A DNA stretch of 64,000 nucleotides, taken from contig NW_003526941.1 in the NCBI RefSeq assembly GCF_000181795.1, positions 9,740,605 through 9,804,604 on the forward strand, given 5' to 3'. Under the pieces are notes generated by a model that searched no databases, was not told the origin of the DNA, and worked only from the letters and a program-made list of their open reading frames with translations. The stretch comes from Trichinella spiralis. Lineage: Eukaryota. Positions within the stretch are counted from its first letter, which is position 1. Each line of letters starts with the position of its first letter. Both the position numbers and the translations under genes were made by a program. Shown here piece by piece: positions 55,929-64,000 of the stretch.

Positions 55929-56720
55929 GCCTGATTTGCTTAAAATAAACCCGTATGTGGGAATATCTTTATCCGTACATAAACAATAGACTGCTGGCAC
56001 CAGCTTGCACGCCAAAAAGGCATGGATGGTAAACAGTTTTTGATACCATTGTGGTACAACCTTGAATGTACCATCAAATGCCCAAGTTCGCCTGGTTGCC
56101 ATCAGTCTAATGCTAGAACCCGTAGCCAATACCAATATATGACTCGATGCATTCTGCCACAGCAAAATATCTTCACCGGCCATTGTTGTCCTGAATGCGT
56201 CAGGGATTTGCTGGTCCCGACGATGTTCAGGCAGTTTTAGGTATCGCTTTGACCGGTGGCTGTACATAGTGGACTTCACTAGCTTAAAAAGCGGAAAATG
56301 GCCAGATGTAGATGGCGCGGCGGACGCGGCGGAAACTTCTTCATCGTAAATGGCGAGGATGGATTTTGTTTCTTCCGCGCTCCGTTTCTTCAAAACCGCC
56401 TTTTTTTCCATTTTGTATGCTAAGTGCTCATCCACTGGGCAGCTTTCGATGTGATCCTTTTGCGTAATCACACATGTCACATCTAGATTTGTCCATGTGA
56501 CACCCTTGCAGCCTTCTTTGCCCTATACCAAAATAACCTAACCCTTAATAACGAAGGACACACTGTACATTTAGCGCATACTTTTGAGCAAACCTAATGT
56601 TTTTTCTGTTTGTTGGTGTATCTCTATTTGTATGTGTCCTTCCTTGAGAAACAAGAGACGTACTTCGGCCACGATTTGGTACAAAACACAGCTCAGAAAT
56701 ATCAGCCATTGTGAAAATGA
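55929..56720 (-). mobile_element. Degenerate MULE transposase N-terminal half; host of the BEL/Pao insertion, continuing at 49795-49881
   Basis: WAFDGTFKVVPQWYQKLFTIHA (first catalytic D). Across the LTR element the sequence continues ...LNPKTIICDFEISLIP (second catalytic D, shifted frame). Confidence 0.82.
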
Positions 56721-57691
56721 TGAACAGAACAGAAAATGATTCAAATAACTCTCGAATGCAAAACGCAGAACCAAACAAAAATGGACGGTTTTGAATTCTA
56801 TTTTTAATAACCATTTTGCAACAATATTTAGTTTTCATTTCATATTTTATCTACAATCGAATATCAACTTGTGATATTCCTTGTGGCACTAATGCCTTTT
56901 GTTGATACTGACAGAATGAAATTAATCACACACAAATGGCGCACAAATGCTGACATCAAACAATGCGATGTTCACTGGCAGAGTGAAATTTGAAGCAGCT
57001 TTAAACTGCTATTNNNNNNNNNNNNNNNNNNNNNNNNNNNNNNNNNNNNNNNNNNNNNNNNNNNNNNNNNNNNNNNNNNNNNNNNNNNNNNNNNNNNNNN
57101 NNNNNNNNNNNNNNNNNNNNNNNNNNNNNNNNNNNNNNNNNNNNNNNNNNNNNNNNNNNNNNNNNNNNNNNNNNNNNNNNNNNNNNNNNNNNNNNNNNNN
57201 NNNNNNNNNNNNNNNNNNNNNNNNNNNNNNNNNNNNNNNNNNNNNNNNNNNNNNNNNGTGGTTTTGGGTCGTCGCCCCTACCGGCGATTTTTAGTTGTAT
57301 TCGCACACGGGGCCTCCTTCTAAATCCTCTCAATACAGTGGGGAAAAATGGCGCTCCCTCCCTCATCACAGATGAAAAAAGTTGACACGGTCGGAGGCCC
57401 TCCCCGCCCGCACAAGGTGAATGGGTTGACTGGACGGCCTCTTTCTGGTAGAGTCAATAAATTTGTGGAATTCAGCGCCTACTGTGCACCATCCTTAGTG
57501 GAAAGTAGGTGAACTGTCCCCCTCCGCCCCACCAGTTGAATAGTAAATTGCACGTTTAGTCCATCAAGTCGGTGTAAACATAAGCGTTGGCCACCCGCAC
57601 TGTCTGCTTTTTTCGCATAAAGTCAATGCTACTGGCAATCCCCGCAACCAGACCATTCTGGCAGACCGCGCTCCCCGCCTTGCACCAAGAT

Positions 57692-58432
57692 AGAACAGTA
57701 AATTTGCCGGCCGTTCCATGCATCCCATCAGAATTGTATATCTGCCCGCTATTCCCTTCACCCATACAAAGTTGTACACGCCCTCGCCTCTCCCGCCACC
57801 AAAAGAGAATTGCTTACCCGTCCGTCACTTTCTTCTCCAACCAAAAAGAATTGTATATCTGCCCGCCATTCCCTCCACAAAAACAGAATTGTATACTCGC
57901 CTGCCATTCCCTCCACTCAAGCAGAATTGTATACCTGCCCGCCATTTCCTCCATCCGAACAGAATTGTGTATCTGCCCGCGAATCCCTCCACCCAAGCAG
58001 AATTCTATATTCGCTCTTCATGCCTTTTACCCATTGAGTGTTTTATACCCGCCCGTTATTCCCTCAATCCCAACAGAGTTGTATATCCGCCCGACATTCT
58101 CTCTTCCACCCATAGAGAGTTGTACACCCCTCCCCCACGCGAATTCCACCTCCCAAACTGAGTTATATATTCGGCCGCCACTCTGTCCTTCATATATACA
58201 GAGTTTTACACCCCCTCCCGCTAGTCGCTCCACTCATGCAGAGTTGTATAGCCTCCCGCCATCTGTCTTCCACACATACGGGGTGGTATATCCACTCGCC
58301 ACTGCTTCGTCCACCCAAACAGAGTTGTACACCCTCCCGCCACTCGTTCCTCCACCCATTAAGTGTTGTGTACCCGTGAGCCACTCTCTTCCCATAAGAA
58401 GTTGGATATCCTCCCGCCCCTCCTCAACGTAG
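57692..58432. repeat. Degenerate tandem array, about 19 units of ~38-43 bp, consensus approx. AGAATTGTATATCTGCCCGCCATTCCCTCCACCCAAAC
   Basis: AGA(A/G)TTGTA recurs every ~38-41 bp; strongly C-rich on the + strand. Confidence 0.9.
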
Positions 58433-58722
58433 GCGCCAATTCATGAATGATAAAATCGTTTGCCGACTTCGTATAGTAAAATGGCGTCTATCCAGCGGCA
58501 CGAACATTTTCTTATATGGCGCGTGATTGTGCGCTTAGTGAATGTTAAAGCGTGTGTGAATGAAAATGTGTTTGCTTGTGTGTGCGTACTGTTAGTGTTC
58601 GTATCTGTTTGAATAAACGTTAAATACCAGAAATTGTCTCGCATGATTGACCGACATTTGTTACAGTAACCCCGAATGTTGCAGAATGCAGTCCACTCAG
58701 TTTCTTGGCATAATATTAAATT

Positions 58723-59618
58723 ATGAACCGATTAATTTCAAATTTTGGTTTAGTACGTTATTATTTAATGTTTTACTTGTATAGTTTGTCCACTTATGCA
58801 AATAAATCTTTATTACTTTTCCAATTACCGTATGCTTTTGACGTTTTTTGCAGTGAGAAATTGTTTCGTGGACTGATGAAATTGTTGAAATTGAAAATCT
58901 GCAGTTGTATATGCAAACGATTTTTAAGTAATAGGTTTTTTCGAGAACAGGCTTTCATAAACGGCGAATGGGTAAACTCGTCCACGGAAAGTACATTTGC
59001 GGTTTACAATCCAGTTGATAATAAAGTTGAGTGTTTTTTTTGTTAATTTTGCGTTTGCAGTATCCTTTTTTCAGTCGATTGCTCATGTTCAAAATTGTAC
59101 CGTGCACGATGCCCAACTTGCTGTGAACGCGGCAGCGGACGCTTTGAAAACATGGGGATTCACTAGTGTACCTAAAGTGAAGGAATTTTTTAATTTTCAC
59201 ATATCTGTTGTTCAGTTCTATTAATTTTATTGATAAAAATATTGAACCGGTAGTTTTTTCCCATTATCCTGTACAGTAAATAAATTTCTATATTTTGTAT
59301 CGGCATCCATATATCAAATCAAATCGGAGAAAGTGCAGCTCGTATAGTTCTTTTTTGGATATTTTTATCAGTTGATAAAAACATATGTGCAATTTTTATG
59401 AAATTTTAAATTAGTTTTAATGATATTTTTAGGATCGAGCAGCTATTTTGCAAAAATGGAGTTCAATACTTGTGGAGAATGTAAATGTTTTGGCAAGTTT
59501 ACTTACCACAGAACAGGTAGTTAAGTTTTTGAAATAGCTGTGAACTGTTACGCTTTGCAAGATCAAGTTTAGATTAAAAGCATTGTGAATCATGTTTCAG
59601 TTGTATAGAAAAAGCAAA

Positions 59619-59651
<33 letters not shown>

Positions 59652-61206
59652 GATTTACGCAGGGAAAGCCGCTTGCCGAAGCACGGGCAGAAATTCAATA
59701 TAGCGCTTCGTTTTTTGAATGGTTTGGTCAAGAAGCTAGAAGAATATACGGCGACATTGTACCAGCAAATCAGCTGGGACGTCAGCTATTCCATTTTCGT
59801 GAACCTGCAGGAGTTAGTGCAATGATTACACCGGTGAGTGATTTTATTTTTGGACAATTTAATTAGTTTTTTTATCTAATTTTTGAAATAAACAGTGGAA
59901 TTTTCCTGCTGCAATGATAGCGAGGAAAGTGGGAGCGGCCATGGCAGCAGGTTGTACTTGTGTGATCAAACCGGCCGAAGATACGCCATTATCTGCGCTT
60001 GCTTTGGCAGTGGTGAATTATTTATTTTTTTTAATCACTTTTGAGAATTGAAGCTGAAGAATTGTAATACAGACTGCTGAAGCAGCCGGAGTTCCTAAAG
60101 GGGTTTTCAATGTTGTGCCGTGTGATCGACGAAACGCTAGTAAAGTTGGCCAGTTGTTTTGTGAATCAAAAGACGTGTCTGTGATTTCTTTCACCGGAAG
60201 TACGGCCGTGGGGAAGGTATGATTCATTTCAATTATTTTCATTTATGGAAAATAATTGAAATGTATAATTAATGCAGCTTCTTCTGCAACAATCTGCAAA
60301 TACAGTGAAACGAGTCTGTTTGGAATTGGGAGGCAATGCACCATTTATTGTATTTCCTTCTGCTAATTTGGACGCGGCTGTGAAAGGAGCAATGGCGTCG
60401 AAATTTCGATGCAGTGGTCAAACTTGTGTTTGTGCTAATCGGTTTTTTATCCACGAAAGTGTCCATGATGATTTTGTGCAAAAGTTGAAACTTGCTATTG
60501 ATCATTTGGTTGTTGGGGACGGAAAGTTGGAACGTGTTACTCAAGGGCCATTGGTCAATGAGAAAGCTGTTGAAAAAGTACAGATGAGATTGAGAGAGAG
60601 AGAATTTTATTTGTTTTTCATAACTGCATCATTTGTCTGTCTTCAGGTGCAACGTTTGGTCGATGATGCCGTTTCGAAAGGAGCTTGTTTAGTTTGTGGT
60701 GGATCAAAGCATCCTAAAGGAGATAATTTCTTCCAACCGACATTGTTGACAAATGTTAATAATAAAATGGATATTGCGAAAAATGAAATCTTTGGTCCAG
60801 TTGTTCCTATAATTAAGTAAATTAAGCGACCAGTTCAATTTCTACTGTAACTTTGCTGAATTTGCAATTGTTATTCAGGTTTAATTCCGAAGAGGATGTC
60901 ATCAATATGGCAAACAGTGTTGACGTTGGTCTGGCTGGTTAGCGTTGTTATTATTGCAGTTTTGTTATATAATGATGAAAAATTACTTGGAAAAGTTTAG
61001 GTTATTTTTATTCGGAAAATTTGCAGCAAATTTTTCGAGTTGCGCGACGTTTGCAAGTTGGAATGATTGGCATAAACGAAGGTGTAATATCCACGTGTGA
61101 AGCTGCATTTGGGGGCATAAAAGAATCAGGTCTTGGACGTGAAGCGTCATATTTTGGAATCGACGAATATACGCAAATTAAAACAGTTTGTCTTGGTGGA
61201 ATTTGA
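58723..61206 (+). CDS. ALDH5A1: Succinate-semialdehyde dehydrogenase (ALDH5A1/alh-7-like), multi-exon; 5' end uncertain
   Basis: Spliced exons approx. 58905-59025, 59075-59176, 59433-59516, 59663-59833, 59897-60013, 60073-60217, 60278-60577, 60647-60816, 60879-60937, 61001-61206. Motifs: [63 protein letters not shown]. Confidence 0.92.
59625..59650. repeat. (TA)n microsatellite in an SSADH intron
   Basis: Uninterrupted TA run. Confidence 0.9.
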
Positions 61207-64000
61207 TTCTTTTCCTTATGGTAAGCTTTGAAATGCACAATTTTCATCTTGTCATTTGTGTATTGTTTTAGTTCAAAATTACAGTAGCTCATGTTTGAGG
61301 ATGGAGTCTATTTTTTTGTTGAATAGAATTATTAATTTGCTCGTGATCATATACAAACTTTTTCAACATAGAAACAATTCTAATGGGCATGTTTTACTGG
61401 AAATCCCATTGAATGAGAAATTCCAAAATTAGCATAATATGACAAATTGTAAAAAAAAACTTTTAAACTAGAATAATCAATTAATTGTTCAGCATAATCT
61501 GTCACTTGTTGAACAGTGCAACAGCATATATGAAAACTTGAAAATGTTTAAAAATAAAGAAAAATGTTTGGAACACTGCTGTTGCGCACATGATACAAAA
61601 GCAATCAGTGAATAAGACAATCGGTGAGCATGCATCTTTCTTTCTTCATAAGATTTGTAAACAAAATTATCGCGAAATATTATAATGAATGTGAAATTTG
61701 TTTGACTATGTAATTAATATTGTACAGTTTTGGTGAATGGCAACGCCTAATTATATTATGAAGTGGAAATCATGATTTGCAAATTTCAAGCAGTTCATAT
61801 TTGTCGAAGCATAAATTTTCAAATATAATCAACTGAGATTAAAATTATAAAAATATTCCGATGAAATTGAAAATGAAGAAATAATGTTTTGAAGAAAAAT
61901 AGTCTCTGCTCATGTTAAAAATAATTTAAGTAACTTTGAAAGAAAGTAAATTTGTAAAGATTATTTTATTCTGCATTTCAAGAATATTATTAAAAATTAT
62001 TTATAAAAATGAAAAAAAATTTTGTTTCTACAAAGGTTGTCATTATACAATTACTTAATTGTTATCTTAATGTTTGCATGTTGACATGTAAGAATGCATG
62101 TTTGACATGATACTTTTTTTAAAAAAGCTTTGAAATATAATTTTTAAAAATCAGTTAATGCTAATTAACACTTTTTAACAGAGGACACAATTTAGGCATA
62201 TATAATGAAAGAAAGAAATTTGCGGGAATCAAATTTTATCAGTGAAAAAAATTGAATTGCTTCAGCATTTAATTATGCATGATGTGAACAGTAAAAGAAA
62301 AAAATTTTTTGTTACAATACAACGAACAGTTGCTTTTTTTTTATTTGCTAGACACGGTAATTTTGTTAATAGAATCAAACGTGAAAATTACAGAAACTGA
62401 ATTATAATTATTTGTTGCTTACAAAGCGTAATTTACTTGTAATTTCACCGAATGGAGAAGTGATATTTTTTGTTTTGTCCAAAGAAAAAAAATTCTGCAA
62501 AATCGTTTTAATGCTATCGCACAAATGGAATTTGCAAATATTGGAAATGAAATTTTTTTGAAACTTTCCCCAAAAAAATGAATATTGTAAACAGACAGAG
62601 CAGAGTTTGCAAAATCATGCAGGCTTGTAACGCAGATGAATAATACAACAGAGCTCGAGAAGAAGCTGAATAGCTAACTTGAAGTTGCATTTCTTTTTTT
62701 TTGCAATTTTCAAATTTGAACAATATTTTTCAGTCAAACTTGCAATTTGATTTGATTAATTTGAATTTTTGAAAATTCGAGCTGTCATTTGAATCGAACC
62801 AACAGAAAGAACTGACAGATGCGCGAATGTCTTGAATTTGCAGTTGATTTTAAAAAGTGATTTTCTGCTTTGCATCCGCTTTTTCTGCTAAAGAACAGTT
62901 TTGCCAAAATGTGAAAATTGCGCAAAATTGAACCGACAACAAAAAAAAGTGTTGTTTACTTCGTTTATTGATTGCAAATGATAAAAATAAAATATGCAGA
63001 AATCAGTGTTGATATTTTATTTTGAAAGTGAAAAATGTTGTGTGCATATTTTAAATCTTTGATCTAACCGCCGAGCGTTGTGCTGTTGTTGACAGCTTAA
63101 CAGATGAAGAGCACAGTTTCAAAAATAATGATAAAATTGATTTCAATTTTATCACAGAGAACGACTGCTCAGGTAATAAACTATTTTATGCATTTTTAGT
63201 TTTTTATTGCGTCCATTTGGAAAAATTTACTTTCAATTATCCCACAAGAAGAGAACACTTTACATTTGTTGCTATTAAATTGACAAAATTGCTCCAAGGG
63301 TTTTCATATTTCTTTTTTTTCTTTTTACACTTTTGATAATAATTATTTAAAAATGAAAAAAGAAAACTCTTTTGATAAAATTAAAATGAAAAACAAAAAT
63401 GAACAAAACTTCACTTGCATATTTGTTGTTGTTGTTGTTGTTGACAATTAATTCTATAATATTAAATATGAGAAATTAGCATTTTAGCGTCGTGTGAAAA
63501 TTAATAAATGAATGAATGAATGCTTGCAATTAGCAGAATTATGATCAATTGGAAAACGACACAAATATTACCATATTCACAAGTTGGAAATGCAATAACA
63601 ACAACAACAACAACAACATAAAATATCCCTTTTTAACAAAGTTATCATCATCGTGAAACCAAAGACATGCGTGCTATGTGAAAAGAAAATTAATTAAACT
63701 TGAAAAAATTCTTAAAGCTTATTTTGTTACAAGCAAAAAAATAAAGTACAACTGTATCATCCATCCTTTATGCAAATTGAATAATAAATTAAAATGAAGT
63801 TAATTCCAATATTTTAAATACACTTTTTTTATTAAAAATAATTTAAATAACAAATATTTTCAAGTAAAACTTTATACAAAAATTATATTATCTATTCATT
63901 TATTTTTTGTATTAATAATTTTTACATTTTCTTCTCCAGCATGAGTAATTTACGTCAGTTTTAACAATGTTTGCGTCAGGTTTAGATATTTATTGAAATC

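Noticed and set aside
57587..58432. 281-aa proline-rich ORF, and a CRISPR-like look to the repeat array
   Set aside because: The unit length (~38 bp) is not a multiple of 3 and ORFs occur in several frames, as expected for a stop-poor repeat. The variable halves are related to each other rather than unique spacers, there are no cas genes, and the DNA is eukaryotic.
61300..64000. Possible 5' exons of a downstream gene
   Set aside because: Only isolated splice-like signals in very AT-rich sequence; no supportable coding region.

Overview
AT-rich, intron-containing eukaryotic DNA from a gapped draft scaffold. It is most consistent with a Trichinella-like nematode, inferred from the expanded plancitoxin/DNase II-like genes and the transposon types. 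Contents: (1) an intronless Tudor-domain gene split by a 1-bp frameshift (2674-3427); (2) a minus-strand tandem array of secreted six-exon DNase II-like genes (8.5-40.7 kb), with five gene bodies but seven signal-peptide first exons. Both catalytic HxK motifs are substituted in every copy, exon 2 is hypervariable, and the copies are mosaics of each other; (3) a dense, partly nested set of transposons: a Buster-type hAT deletion derivative and a CGGBP1-like hAT (each with TIRs and an 8-bp TSD), a Ginger2/KRBA2-like integrase element inside a DNase II intron, MULE fragments, a full-length but dead BEL/Pao LTR retrotransposon nested in a MULE (5-bp TSD, tRNA-Tyr PBS), and a second partial BEL/Pao copy; (4) a ~38-bp degenerate tandem array followed by a succinate-semialdehyde dehydrogenase gene (58.7-61.2 kb). 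Overlaps at contig ends and a transposon split between 40744 and 8097 indicate the contigs are mis-ordered. Reordering them reconnects the orphan first exons at 8.6/10.6 kb to the headless DNase II gene at 38-39.5 kb.
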